A stretch of 64,000 nt of DNA from an uncultured Gemmatimonadales bacterium (GCA_963716255.1 OY970303.1:4864001-4928000), one strand, 5' to 3'. Counted from the stretch's first letter, positions 18,202-28,425 are shown. A program made the numbers and translations. Notes: generated by a model from the letters alone, not told the origin.

Positions 18202-19368
18202 CTACGTCTCTTCGTGGACCGGGCGCGGGTACGCCTCGCCCAGCAGCCAGACATGCACAATATCCGCGTCCGTGTAGCTTCTGTCGAGGGCGGTCGCGCT
18301 CTCCGTGTAGCCCGCGGCTTCGACGTAGACCACGGGCAGGTCGCGCTCCGCCGCGGCCATCATGGCCCCGAGCGCGAGGACCTTGCTGCCCACCGGTGAG
18401 AGCACGAGCATCGACCCAATGGTCTCCGAGAAGACCGGGTTCCGTCGGTCGTGGATGTGGAGGACCGTCCGGTAGAAGTCGAGTGGATTGGTCTCGTCCG
18501 CGTAGACGATGCTCCGGGCGTCTACCTCCCAGCGACTCTCAAACTCGGTCGCGTAGTGCTCTATGAGCCGATCGCCCATCCGCGGGTCGTGGGAGGGGAA
18601 CGGCAGCACGGGGACGACGTCGTCGGGCTTCAGCAGCTCGTGAATTCGGTCGAGGATGGGGCGATGGCCGAAGCGGAGCTGCGGCATCCAGAGCTTCGCG
18701 GCGCCCGCGGTCTCGTCGATGCCGAGCCTCCCCTGGAAACCGTGGACCGGGCCGACGAAGGAGCTGGGTTGCGGAACGATCCGGTCGTCGGTATGCGGAC
18801 TGGCCGTCACCATGGCGTGGAGGTTGATGGGTAGCCGCTCGCCCTCGATGCGCTGCAGGGCGAGCCGGGCCAGTGGGAAACTGCTCCCGACCGAGAGGGC
18901 GGTGAAATCCACCACCACATCCGTGTAACTCCCGAGGTCCCGTCCTCGGACCGCGTCCACGACCCGGCGGCCGAGGGCGACGGCACCGTCCGGCTCGAAG
19001 ACCTCGACGTCGAGCACCTGCGTCGCCGCGATCAGCGCTCGCAGCTCATTCGCGTGCATATCGGCCCGCGCGAGCAGCGCCGGATCGGGGCCGGCGCGCC
19101 TTTCCCGCAGAAACAGCCCCTCGATCCGGTCCTCACAGACGGACGCCAGGAGCCGGGGAACCGTGAGAGAGCGCGGGTCGAACCCGGCACCCCCGACCAG
19201 GAGCGTGCGCCGATGCGCCTCGCCGAAGTGCGCCTCCGCGAACGACCGGACGGCGGCACCCCGGTGGTCGACGCATCGCTCCCATCTGGGCGGGTCGCCG
19301 GGTGCGCGGATGCCGGGACGGACGCCCGCCTCGTGCCACGCGGCGGCCGAAGAGGGCCGCGGGCTCAT
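18202..19368 (-). CDS. Uncharacterised protein, possibly tandem CARF-like Rossmannoid domains
   Basis: ATG overlaps the ATPase stop; motifs [38 protein letters not shown]...VVYV. The fold assignment is inference. Confidence 0.65.
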   Translation of the reverse strand: MSPRPSSAAAWHEAGVRPGIRAPGDPPRWERCVDHRGAAVRSFAEAHFGEAHRRTLLVGGAGFDPRSLTVPRLLASVCEDRIEGLFLRERRAGPDPALLARADMHANELRALIAATQVLDVEVFEPDGAVALGRRVVDAVRGRDLGSYTDVVVDFTALSVGSSFPLARLALQRIEGERLPINLHAMVTASPHTDDRIVPQPSSFVGPVHGFQGRLGIDETAGAAKLWMPQLRFGHRPILDRIHELLKPDDVVPVLPFPSHDPRMGDRLIEHYATEFESRWEVDARSIVYADETNPLDFYRTVLHIHDRRNPVFSETIGSMLVLSPVGSKVLALGAMMAAAERDLPVVYVEAAGYTESATALDRSYTDADIVHVWLLGEAYPRPVHEET

Positions 19369-21371
19369 GCGGACGCACCCACCACGTGGGTGGCGGAGGG
19401 ATCCGCGGCCCCGTCTTCCTCGACACCGGCAAGCTCGGAAAGCTGCGTCACCGTCCGCTCGAGGAACCCGCCGCGCTTGAGCGTCAGCCCGTACTTGAGC
19501 AGCGCCACGCCCCCGAGCTCGAGGAGGCACCACTTCTTGTTCTTGCAGTCGTAATCGGGAACGAGGGTGATGGCGTTGTACGCTGAGGCATACAGGAGCA
19601 CTCGCGCCAGCTTGGGATGCGTGTCGTGGATCCGGTCGAACTGCGCCTGCGGAATGCCGAACGCGTTCGCGCCGGCGTCCAAAGACGCGTTCGGCTCCAG
19701 CGACTTGTCGAGGCACTGGCGCGCGATCGCCTCGACCAGTCCGGCGACCGTCGCGTTCTCGGGGAAGGTCCATTGACTGAGCATGGCGTTCGCCCGCTCG
19801 CGCAGGAGCACGTGCTGAGTCTCCGGGAGCAGCGCCGGCGGCTTGGATCGCGTCACCTGAGTGAGGGCGCGGTCCACGAGCACGCCTGCCAGGCGCAGGA
19901 ACTGCTCGGCGTTCTCCGAGCTGGCGTCGCACAGCGCGTCGATCCCGTAGTAGTAGGGGCGGCCGTGCTGGTGGAACAGCTGGAGCCGGGCGGCATCCGC
20001 GATACCGACGTCGATCTTTACGCTACGGGTCGGCTCGTCGTCCCCCATGTCTTGAATCAGCCCCTCGAACAGGGGTGGCGCCTTCCTCGCCCGGCGCTTG
20101 TCGTAGCGGGCCATCGCCACGCGGAGCATCGCAAGGCGCAGGTCCGGCGTGATGTCGTCGCTCTTGGCGTTGCTCGTGTACGCTTCGATCTCCGCCTCGA
20201 GGTCGCGTCTCCGCTCGTCCGGGATCCTGTACCGCTTCTGGTCACGGTCTACGGCCCGGGCGAGCTCACCGAGCTTCGACGGGCTCATCGCCGTCACGGC
20301 GGTAGGGAGCAGGTCCTCGAGCCGGCGGAAACCACGGTCCGCAAGGCCGCGCGTCTGCTGCAGGTACCGGTTGGCCATATCCTTGGCCGTCTTCCGGAAG
20401 GCGAGACGCTCCCGCTTCCGCTCGGTGTAGCCGCTCTGGAGAAAGATCCGGGTAACGTCCCGTCCCGACGCGACCCCTGGCTGCTCCGGCTGGTCCATTC
20501 CCGCCTCCCGGCCGGCACGGAACGCCTCTTCGGGAGAGATCACGTCCAACCAGGTCAGGACCCAGCGCGCGATCCGCGGCTCCCGCCGGGCCAACCACGC
20601 CTGCAGCGCCGCGAATTGCGCGGGGTGCAGTGTCTGCGCGTCGTCCAGGACGACGAGGGGGCGGAGATGAAGGCGGGTGAGCCCATCTTCCGTCTCCACC
20701 TCCGCTTCGATGCGTTCGATCACGTCGAAGGGGCGGTACGCTCCGATGTCTCCCTGCTCGATCACCGTGACAGGAGGGGGCACCAGGGCCGCGGAGATTC
20801 CGTACAGTTCCCGCTCGACGCGACGGGCGCGCGCCAGCACCTCAGGCCCGCCGACCCCGCCGATCGCCTCCGTCGCCGCGGTGTGCCCCTCTTTCGGGAC
20901 CAGCGTGACCGCGGTCGGATCCACTCCCGCCGCCTCCAGGTTCCGGAACCACGCGAGCACCGCGCGGGCCTGGATCAGCGTGGTGAGCAGACCGGTGCGC
21001 AGGTGCTCCTCGTAGGGGAACTGCCAGATGTCGCGATACCCGCTCTCGAGCGCGAGGCGGCACCCCAGCACGGCGGGACGTCCGTCCACCACTGCGCGGC
21101 AGTCCGCGAGGGACGCGAGAAGGGGCCTGAACGCCGCGTTGCTCGCGTGGCGGAGCAGCATGGTGACACGGTGGTACTCGAACAGTTGGGCGATGGTGGT
21201 CTTCCCGGAACCCGGCGCTCCCCGCATCAGCACGAGCCGGTCGTACAACCGGTCCGTTTCGGCGTGCGACTTCAGGAAGATCCCGAGCGGCTCCGGGCTC
21301 ACCACCGAAAGGAAGGCGTCCTCGTTCCTGAAGTACTCGCTGGCGCGCTTCTCGAAGGGATTGTTGAGCAT
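19365..21371 (-). CDS. ORC/CDC6-like (STAND-related) P-loop ATPase
   Basis: N-terminal NPF, Walker A GAPGSGKT, Walker B VVLDD, C-terminal PYYYG...SSENAEQFL region. Confidence 0.8.
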   Translation of the reverse strand: MLNNPFEKRASEYFRNEDAFLSVVSPEPLGIFLKSHAETDRLYDRLVLMRGAPGSGKTTIAQLFEYHRVTMLLRHASNAAFRPLLASLADCRAVVDGRPAVLGCRLALESGYRDIWQFPYEEHLRTGLLTTLIQARAVLAWFRNLEAAGVDPTAVTLVPKEGHTAATEAIGGVGGPEVLARARRVERELYGISAALVPPPVTVIEQGDIGAYRPFDVIERIEAEVETEDGLTRLHLRPLVVLDDAQTLHPAQFAALQAWLARREPRIARWVLTWLDVISPEEAFRAGREAGMDQPEQPGVASGRDVTRIFLQSGYTERKRERLAFRKTAKDMANRYLQQTRGLADRGFRRLEDLLPTAVTAMSPSKLGELARAVDRDQKRYRIPDERRRDLEAEIEAYTSNAKSDDITPDLRLAMLRVAMARYDKRRARKAPPLFEGLIQDMGDDEPTRSVKIDVGIADAARLQLFHQHGRPYYYGIDALCDASSENAEQFLRLAGVLVDRALTQVTRSKPPALLPETQHVLLRERANAMLSQWTFPENATVAGLVEAIARQCLDKSLEPNASLDAGANAFGIPQAQFDRIHDTHPKLARVLLYASAYNAITLVPDYDCKNKKWCLLELGGVALLKYGLTLKRGGFLERTVTQLSELAGVEEDGAADPSATHVVGASA

Positions 21372-21383
21372 GGCAGGGGTCCT

Positions 21384-22514
21384 TCAGGCGTGTCGCTGGC
21401 GCCGCCGGAAGAGCGGACGCATGGCGTGGTGTGCCGGCCCACCTTCCGCTCGCGGGCTTCCGTCCGTCTGCGCCCAGAGCAGGCCGACGGAGTTGTTGGG
21501 CGTGTTGTGCTCGAGGATCACCGGCAGCGCGCACCCGGCGAAGCCGAGAGCGACGTCGGTTCCCCCCTCGTCCGTGTGCTTCGTCTGGATCACCGGATCG
21601 TAGTACTTCCGCGCGAGCGGGATGAAGTCGCGGGCCGCCGGCACCGGCGAGCAGTCGACGGGCAAGTCGGGCGGCAGGACCGTCCCGAAGCTGAACTCCA
21701 CGTTCGCGAACCACTCCTTCCCGCGCTCCTCCAGCGCCTCCGCCTGCCGCGTGCGGAGGACTTCGACCGCGCGATGGTTGGCCACGTAGTGGTGGACGAC
21801 GATCCGGAGGTCGTGGTCGAAGTGCGTCGGGAGGACCTCGTCCACCACCCGGCGGAAGGTCGCGAGCTTCCCTTTCCAGAGACCGGTTGCCCTGTCCTTG
21901 CGGATGAAGGTCGTGCCCGAGGCGACGAAGTCGTCGATCAGGTACACGGTCCGGAACTTCGCCTCCGGGTCACCGACGGCTTCCCGCAGGTCCTTGCGGA
22001 GGCCGTCCCACTTCTCCCTGTCGACGTACGTCGCAAGCAGTATCTGCTCGTTGCTGATCGTTCCCGCGTTCGCGCGGCGGAACAGGTCCAGCCGCGCGCC
22101 CTCGCTCAACCCGATGAAGAGGGTACGCCTGAGCAACGTGTCGAACGTTCGCGCCGCGTCCACGTTCGCCCACACGCGATAGGGGGCGATTTCGTGCGCC
22201 TCGGCTGCGGCGTGGACCAGGCGGCGCTCGACGTGATCCGGGAAGAACAGCTCGACCAGCCGCAGCATCTCTGCAGGCCCGATGTACACCAGCGCGTTCC
22301 GCACGAAGGTGTACGCCGCCTCACGGTCCGCCAGCTCGAACTGCTGGACCCAGTCGGCCAGGCTCTCGATGAACCGCGCTCCGGCCAGGAAGTCCTGGTA
22401 CCCGTCGTACTTCAGGCGGGCCATCAAGCTCAGCCAGCGGTACTCCGCGCTGGCGCGGGCGTCGTCCCACTGCATGATCTCCCCGAGTACTCGGAGGGCG
22501 AGCTGCTCCTTCAA
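21384..22514 (-). CDS. Phosphoribosyltransferase-like protein (conflict-system type)
   Basis: PRPP-loop VYLIDDFVASGTT; C-terminal HNTPNNSVGLLW...PLFRR; TTG start after AGGAGG overlaps the upstream stop (TTGA). Confidence 0.8.
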   Translation of the reverse strand: MKEQLALRVLGEIMQWDDARASAEYRWLSLMARLKYDGYQDFLAGARFIESLADWVQQFELADREAAYTFVRNALVYIGPAEMLRLVELFFPDHVERRLVHAAAEAHEIAPYRVWANVDAARTFDTLLRRTLFIGLSEGARLDLFRRANAGTISNEQILLATYVDREKWDGLRKDLREAVGDPEAKFRTVYLIDDFVASGTTFIRKDRATGLWKGKLATFRRVVDEVLPTHFDHDLRIVVHHYVANHRAVEVLRTRQAEALEERGKEWFANVEFSFGTVLPPDLPVDCSPVPAARDFIPLARKYYDPVIQTKHTDEGGTDVALGFAGCALPVILEHNTPNNSVGLLWAQTDGSPRAEGGPAHHAMRPLFRRRQRHA

Positions 22515-24448
22515 AGATCCTCCTGGGCCGGTGTGGGCTGCCGGACCACGGGTCGGCTTGCGCGCGTCGGAGACCACCGGAGTCCACCGGCCGCAGCAGG
22601 GCGCAATGCCGAAAGGTAGCCGAGCAGAGCCGTGGTGCGGCGCACGCCCGCCGGGGCAACGTTCCAGCACCCGCCGAAGTCGCTGGAAGCGTATTCTACG
22701 CTCAGTCCCAGGGGGTGAGCGAGGAAAGGCCCATCGTTCCCCCCATGCTGGCCCTGGTCGCCAATCGTCATCACCGCCGCCTTGGGGTCGATCCGACGGT
22801 GCAGTGCCTCGACGACGCGCAGCTTGGAGGAGGAGCGGCCGATCACGTCCACCGTGTGCCCCGAGGAGAGCACGTCGACGCCACATGGCGTGCCGACAAG
22901 TGCCTCGAGGACAAATCGCTTCAGCATCCCGTCCGGCATAGGCACCGCGGAGCGGACCGTCAGCTGTGTCGGCCGCAGCCTGAACTCCGCCACCCGCGCG
23001 AGCAAGGGCGACCCGGTGAGCACCGCATGGGCTCGGGCCACCTCGGCGTCCGGTGGACAGGGGGGCGGGTCTGGTTCGTCCAACCGCAGGATCACGCCGC
23101 CGTTGTACATGCCGACCGTGACACGCGGCCAGACGGGCTCCGGCGTGACCGCACGGAGCGCATCCAGGACAGAATCTCCCCGACCGGTCGCGATCCCGAC
23201 CTCGGCGCCTTGTTCGACGAGCCGCGCCAGCGCCTCGCCCACGGCCGAGCCAGGCGCACCGTACCGCTCGTCCGCCTCGCACAGGGTGCCGTCATAGTCG
23301 AAAGCGACGGCGCCGATCCGTGCCCGCTGTACCTCGTGCACCCATGCGCGGCAGCGGGATCGCCAATCGTCCCGGACCGGCTCGGCGGCCCCGGCCCAGA
23401 CTGCCTCGGATACCTTGCGCCGGATCCAGAGGTCTTCCCTCGAGCCCGCCTCGGCCGACACCCGCTGGGCCTTCGTGATCCCGGCATGGTAGAGGGTCCT
23501 CCCGAATGCGGGGACCCTGGGGCGGCCGGGGTCGAGTCCGTCCGCCGCGGCGACCGCGCCGGCGAGCCGGATCACGCGTACGAGCAGGTCCAGTGCACCG
23601 GCCTCCGCGGCCAGCGGGCTCAAGAGAGACGTCCTGCGAACGTAAGCTGGAAGCACCTCGAGGGTGCTCTCCAGGGCTCCCGCCTCTTCAGCGGTCGCGA
23701 GGCCGACGATGCTCGTATCGGATGCACGTCGATGAAGGCCATGGTGACGACCGTGCGCGAAGTTCCGGGGGTCGATGACGGTGACGGCGCCCAGCCCGGC
23801 CTCGCCCCACTTGGATTCCATGTCAGCGGCTGCGGCTGTCGACCAAGCGGTCGCGAGCGTAACGACACTTCGGCTCCGGACCGACTCCACGCATTCCTCC
23901 GTGGCAGCGCCGTCCGCTTCGTCCAGGGCTGGCAAGGTATCCGGGAGCCTCACTCCGTAGCCTCGCGCCAGGATCGTGCACGTGAGGACCAGCGAGTTCG
24001 TCGCGAGGAACCCGTCCTTTCCCGCAGGCCCCGAGAACTCGGACACCGTCGCGTGGCGGAACCGGGCCAGGAGGTCGCGGAGTGCGGTTCCGGTTCGGGC
24101 GCACAGCCCCAGGAGCTCCGGGTACTCCGCCGTGACGGCGTGCCGCGCCGCCGCGAGAATGTCAGGGTTGCTACCACCTGCGCTGAGGAGGAGGACCCCC
24201 GCACCTTGCAGCGCCGGAAGCTGCACGAACTCGAGCGGCGTGAGAACCCGCGCCGGGAGTCGCGCGTGCGTCTCGTGGAGGCGAGCTGCGAAGTGGCAGG
24301 CGCTCACACTTCCCCCGGACCCGATGACGAGCAGGGGGCGCGCGCGGAGGGCTGCCACCCGAGGGATGAAGTCGGCCACGTCCGCAGTCAGCGCCCACTC
24401 GTACGTGGCGCCCAGCCGGGACAGTTCCTCTCTGTACGGGCGCCCCAT
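22511..24448 (-). CDS. SIS (sugar isomerase) domain - HAD phosphatase fusion
   Basis: SIS: VIGSGGS, LLSAGGSNPD, DGFLATNS, NFAHGRH. HAD: FDYDGTL, ATGRG, SSK, IGDQGQHGGND. Confidence 0.85.
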   Translation of the reverse strand: MGRPYREELSRLGATYEWALTADVADFIPRVAALRARPLLVIGSGGSVSACHFAARLHETHARLPARVLTPLEFVQLPALQGAGVLLLSAGGSNPDILAAARHAVTAEYPELLGLCARTGTALRDLLARFRHATVSEFSGPAGKDGFLATNSLVLTCTILARGYGVRLPDTLPALDEADGAATEECVESVRSRSVVTLATAWSTAAAADMESKWGEAGLGAVTVIDPRNFAHGRHHGLHRRASDTSIVGLATAEEAGALESTLEVLPAYVRRTSLLSPLAAEAGALDLLVRVIRLAGAVAAADGLDPGRPRVPAFGRTLYHAGITKAQRVSAEAGSREDLWIRRKVSEAVWAGAAEPVRDDWRSRCRAWVHEVQRARIGAVAFDYDGTLCEADERYGAPGSAVGEALARLVEQGAEVGIATGRGDSVLDALRAVTPEPVWPRVTVGMYNGGVILRLDEPDPPPCPPDAEVARAHAVLTGSPLLARVAEFRLRPTQLTVRSAVPMPDGMLKRFVLEALVGTPCGVDVLSSGHTVDVIGRSSSKLRVVEALHRRIDPKAAVMTIGDQGQHGGNDGPFLAHPLGLSVEYASSDFGGCWNVAPAGVRRTTALLGYLSALRPAAAGGLRWSPTRASRPVVRQPTPAQEDL

Positions 24449-25404
24449 CAGCGAGCTCCCTCGTGGTTCGCACGCGTAGCACGCAGCTCGATCCAGCGGG
24501 CCAGAAGAGGAGCGACCGCGTAGCGGCCGCGCTCTCCCGTACGCCGAGCCATTCCGTCCGTGACGAGGCGGCTGAGCTGGGCTCCCACATGTGAGGCGGG
24601 AAGCCCGATCCGATCTGCGATGTCACCTGTCGCTGCCGCACCCTCTACGGTCGCGAGGCACCAGAGGATGGCCCGCTGCTGAGGACCCAGCGACGCCCAG
24701 GACTCGGCGTACACCGCGCCAGCGAACTCCGCGGCTCGCTCGAACAACGCGTCCACGGCCGCGTCCGTGCTCACCTCGGCCATTCGGCTGAGGAAGACCA
24801 AGGCCGCGGGGTGACCGCCGGCGGAGACCACTACGCGCTCGATCGTTGGTTCCGACAGCCGTGGTGCGCGGCGTCGCACCAGCTGCCTTGCGCTACTGTC
24901 GTCAAGGTAGCCAAGCGTCAACACCGCGGCTCCGTTGGCAACGTTCGCGAGTGGTCCATCTGCTGTGGTGAGCCGCTCCACCGCTCCGGGGTGGCATGAC
25001 GCGAGGACCCGCACGCCGCGATCCCCGCCGACCAGAGCTGCAAGTGCCCTGGCGATGCGCTCGCGCTTGAAGACGAGCGCATCCAAATCGTCCACGACGA
25101 GTAGCACGCTTTGCCGCGGGAGGCGTCGGCAGACCGACTCCAACGGTTCGGCAAGGGTACGTTCCACGCCAAGCGCGGCTGCCAGGAGCGCGGCCGTGTG
25201 TTCCTCGCTCGCGACCACCTCACCGCTGATCCAGGCCTGGTGAAAGCCGTGCTCACGCGAAACCAGACGCGCGGCGGCCTGGATTACCGAGCTTTTGCCC
25301 ATGCCGGGCGCGCCGGCGACCAGCACCGCAGCATGTCCGCTGCGAAGCGCGTCCTCAGCCGAGGTGAGAACCGGATCAACATAAGATTTTTTTGCAACGA
25401 TCAT
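24448..25404 (-). CDS. P-loop ATPase with C-terminal winged-helix domain
   Basis: Walker A GAPGMGKS, Walker B LVVDDLD, GGHP; C-terminal HTH-like ...TGDIADRIGLPASHVGAQLSRLVTDG. Stop overlaps the next ATG (TGATG). A TATGTT box 6 nt before the ATG suggests a leaderless transcript. Confidence 0.75.
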   Translation of the reverse strand: MIVAKKSYVDPVLTSAEDALRSGHAAVLVAGAPGMGKSSVIQAAARLVSREHGFHQAWISGEVVASEEHTAALLAAALGVERTLAEPLESVCRRLPRQSVLLVVDDLDALVFKRERIARALAALVGGDRGVRVLASCHPGAVERLTTADGPLANVANGAAVLTLGYLDDSSARQLVRRRAPRLSEPTIERVVVSAGGHPAALVFLSRMAEVSTDAAVDALFERAAEFAGAVYAESWASLGPQQRAILWCLATVEGAAATGDIADRIGLPASHVGAQLSRLVTDGMARRTGERGRYAVAPLLARWIELRATRANHEGAR

Positions 25405-25732
25405 GTTTAAAACATAATCGTTTCGGCTGCTGTACGCCAGTATGTTGTGGTTATCGGGTCTCTGGTGAGACCTCACGACGCGGGCGAGGGGCCCCCGGAT
25501 GATGCGGTCCTGGGCGTCTTTTTTTCCTGCGTGAGTGGGGGCGCAGGGTGCATGCGGACCATGAGAGGCCGCAGGGAGGCCGGGAGCAGGTGAAGGCAGT
25601 CGCAACCCACACGCCACCGGCGAAGGACAGGCAGCGGCTCCGCTGGAGGTAGTGGATGAACCGCAGCTTCCCGAGAGCAGGTGCGCCAAGGTGAGCTACG
25701 TAGCGGCAGCGAGAGCCGGCAGGATGGGGTGG

Positions 25733-26220
25733 TCACCCCGCGGCTCGCCCAGCCTGCGGATCTTCACCCACAGTGCCGCGATCTCCCCTCGCAGGGCCTC
25801 GGTCGCCTCGGCGGGAGCACGAGCCGCAGGGGGAAGTCGAAGACGAAAGATCCCCTGATCGCCGCGCTCAGCCGCTCCAGCTGGGCGTCGAGCCCGCGGG
25901 TGAGCTCCACGACCAGCAGCGCCGGCCAGGCGAAGCCAGGCAGCACCATAGGCATCTCCAGCCACCGCTCCAGCCGGAGGAGCGGGCGCCCCCCCCGCTT
26001 TCCCTCCCCACCTCGTGCCGCGCTGAAGGTGCCGTCCGTCTCCCGCACGACCGCCGTCGCGTCGTCCAGCGAAGCCACCCCGCCGCCCGGACCGCGGCCC
26101 GGACTTCCTCGTGGGTCATGCGCTCCCGGCGGAGCGCCCCCGTGCCTGCCAACTTGCCGGTCCCTGCATCGGCCAGCGCCTGCCTCTCTCACCAGCAGAT
26201 CGAGGCAAGGCCCCCGATCC
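25733..26220 (-). pseudogene. Decayed, internally deleted duplicate of the DUF421 + ion-channel gene pair at 38593-39949
   Basis: Blocks match 38593-38670, 39170-39350 and 39500-39620 (e.g. LLRLERWLEMPMV, ETDGTFS) but are joined by deletions and frameshifts. Confidence 0.8.
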
Positions 26221-26226
26221 GCTTCG

Positions 26227-27621
26227 TCAGCGAAGAGGCCCGTGCTGCGTGCCCGGGGTAATACTCGTCACCGGCACAATCCGGATCGGGGTCGTGCTCC
26301 GCCGGACCAGGAGCCATCCGATCAGCCCGGCCGCGATGGAAGCGGTGAAGATGCCGATCTTGGCGCGGTCCACCATTCCAGAGTCGGCAAAGGCCAGCCC
26401 GCCGACGAACAGCGACATGGTGAAGCCGATGCCGCCCAGCCATGCCACCGCGTGGATCTGTCCCCAGCGCAGTCCTGCCGGCATCTCCGCCATCCGCAGC
26501 CGCACCGCGAGCCAGGCGAAGAGCGTGATCCCCACCGGTTTCCCGATGAGCAGCCCCAGGATGATCCCCAGCGTCACCGGGTGGGCCAGGGCGGTCGCGG
26601 CGTCACGCGGGATCGCCACCCCGGCGTTGGCGAGGGCGAAGAGCGGGATGACGAGGAAGGCCACCGGGGTGTGGAGCTCGTGCTCGATCCGCTGGAGCGG
26701 AGCCTGCGCCGCCTCCGCCGCCTCTTCCACTGCGTGGATGGCCGCCTGCTGGCGGTGGTTCGTGAGGACCGAACGCCCCTCCTCGCCTGCATCCTCGAAG
26801 CGCACCAGGGCACGGCTGGCGTGGCTCAGGAACTGGTCCGCGTCGATGCGGGTGCGGGCCGGGATGGTCATGGCCAGGAGCACTCCCGCGACCGTGGCGT
26901 GGACACCGGAGGCCAGGAAGCACGCCCAGATCGCCAGCCCGAGCACGACGTAGGGCACCGGCCGCCTGACCCCCAGCCGGTTGGCGGCGGCCGCGACGGC
27001 GAGGAGCCCGAGCCCTGCGGCGAGCGCTCCCCACGCGATCCCAGCCGTGTAGAAGAGCGCGATCACCAGCACCGCGCCGATGTCGTCGACGATGGCGAGC
27101 GCGGTCAGGAACACCTTGAGCGACACCGGCACGCGCGGGCCGAGGAGCGCCAGCACCCCCAGCGCGAAGGCGATGTCCGTCGCCATGGGGATCCCCCACC
27201 CCGGGGCACCCTCCCCTCCGGCGTTGAGCAGCGCGTAGAGCCCGGCCGGGACCACCATCCCGCCGAGCGCCGCGGCCGCCGGAAGCGCGGCGCGCCGCAG
27301 CGAGGCGAGCTCCCCCACCAGGCCCTCGCGCTTGATCTCCAGCCCCACGAGAAAAAAGAACACGGCCATGAGGCCGTCGTTGATCCAGTGGTGGAGCGTG
27401 TGCGAGGTCTCCCAAGGCCCCATCCGCAGCGCCAGCTCCGTCTCCCAGAGGTGGTGGTACGCATCCGCCAGGGGCGAGTTTGCCAGGACGAGCGCGACCG
27501 CGGCCGCGGCCATGAGCACCAGCCCGCCGGCCGACTCGGTACGGATGAAGGCGGAGACCGGGGCCAGGATCCGCTGGATCGTGGTGGCGGGGAGCAGGGG
27601 TGCGGCGCTGTCGACTTGCAT
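26227..27621 (-). CDS. nhaA: Na+/H+ antiporter NhaA
   Basis: WINDGLMAVFFFLVGLEIKRE, GWGIPMATDIAFALG, LAIVDDIGA, GKPVGI, GIGFTMSLF. Confidence 0.97.
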   Translation of the reverse strand: MQVDSAAPLLPATTIQRILAPVSAFIRTESAGGLVLMAAAAVALVLANSPLADAYHHLWETELALRMGPWETSHTLHHWINDGLMAVFFFLVGLEIKREGLVGELASLRRAALPAAAALGGMVVPAGLYALLNAGGEGAPGWGIPMATDIAFALGVLALLGPRVPVSLKVFLTALAIVDDIGAVLVIALFYTAGIAWGALAAGLGLLAVAAAANRLGVRRPVPYVVLGLAIWACFLASGVHATVAGVLLAMTIPARTRIDADQFLSHASRALVRFEDAGEEGRSVLTNHRQQAAIHAVEEAAEAAQAPLQRIEHELHTPVAFLVIPLFALANAGVAIPRDAATALAHPVTLGIILGLLIGKPVGITLFAWLAVRLRMAEMPAGLRWGQIHAVAWLGGIGFTMSLFVGGLAFADSGMVDRAKIGIFTASIAAGLIGWLLVRRSTTPIRIVPVTSITPGTQHGPLR

Positions 27622-27688
27622 CGTATCGATAGGGGCTCCGAAGTGGGCGACGGCAAGAGTGGAAGGCGGCGTCCAGCGTACGCGGCCT

Positions 27689-27738
27689 CCCCGGGACCTG
27701 CGTCTACACCGGGCCCCGGGCGATGTGGCGGTACTCTG
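27689..27738 (-). promoter_or_regulatory. Conserved leader motif upstream of nhaA (shared with 47374-47422)
   Basis: CAGAGTACCGCCAC-N14-GGTGTAGACG-N5-CCCGGGG; the flanks form a stem around the GGTGTAGAC core. Confidence 0.6.
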
Positions 27739-27840
27739 ATGAACCCCCGGCACCGTGGGGGGGTAGCCCTCCACGCAACGCCCGCACCGCTGGAGCAGCC
27801 AGGCGCGTCAGGGAGGGGTGGGCCTCGACACGGGAACGGA

Positions 27841-28425
27841 ATGGGTGGAGCCTGGATCGAGCAGTACGGGTACTGGGCGGTGCTCCTCGGCGGAATCCTG
27901 GAGGGGGAGACGGTGTTCGTGGCCGCGGGCTACGGCCTGAGCCAGGAGTACCTGAGGCCGCTCCCCACCTTCCTCGCAGCGGTGCTGGGAGGGACCCTGG
28001 GAGACTTCGCGTACTACACCCTGGGCCGGATCTACGGCGCCCGGCTGATTCGCGCCGTTCCCTTCCTACGGCGCCTTCGCGCCCGGGCGGTGCTGCTGCT
28101 GCGCCGGTGGGGGAGGGCCACCGCGTTCGTCACGCGGTTCGCGTACGGGCTTCGGATCGTGCTCCCACTCAGCATCGGCGCCGCGCGGCTCGCCTGGCCC
28201 GTGTTCCTCCTCTTCAACCTGCTCGGCTCGATGGCCTTCGCCGCCACGTACCTGTCCCTCGGCTACCTGTTCGGCGAGACGCTGGAGGAGATCCTCGGGC
28301 GTCTGCGGGGATACGAGGGACGGATCCTGCTCGGGGTCGCGCTGGCCGGGGCGGTCTTCTGGGCCGTCCGCGAGTGGAAGCTGGTCCGCGCCGCGGAGCC
28401 CGGGGAACCGGACGTCGGCGAGTAG
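27841..28425 (+). CDS. DedA family membrane protein
   Basis: YGYWAVLLGGILEGETV, GGTLGDFAYYTLGR, RFAYGLR motifs. Confidence 0.92.
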   Translation: MGGAWIEQYGYWAVLLGGILEGETVFVAAGYGLSQEYLRPLPTFLAAVLGGTLGDFAYYTLGRIYGARLIRAVPFLRRLRARAVLLLRRWGRATAFVTRFAYGLRIVLPLSIGAARLAWPVFLLFNLLGSMAFAATYLSLGYLFGETLEEILGRLRGYEGRILLGVALAGAVFWAVREWKLVRAAEPGEPDVGE

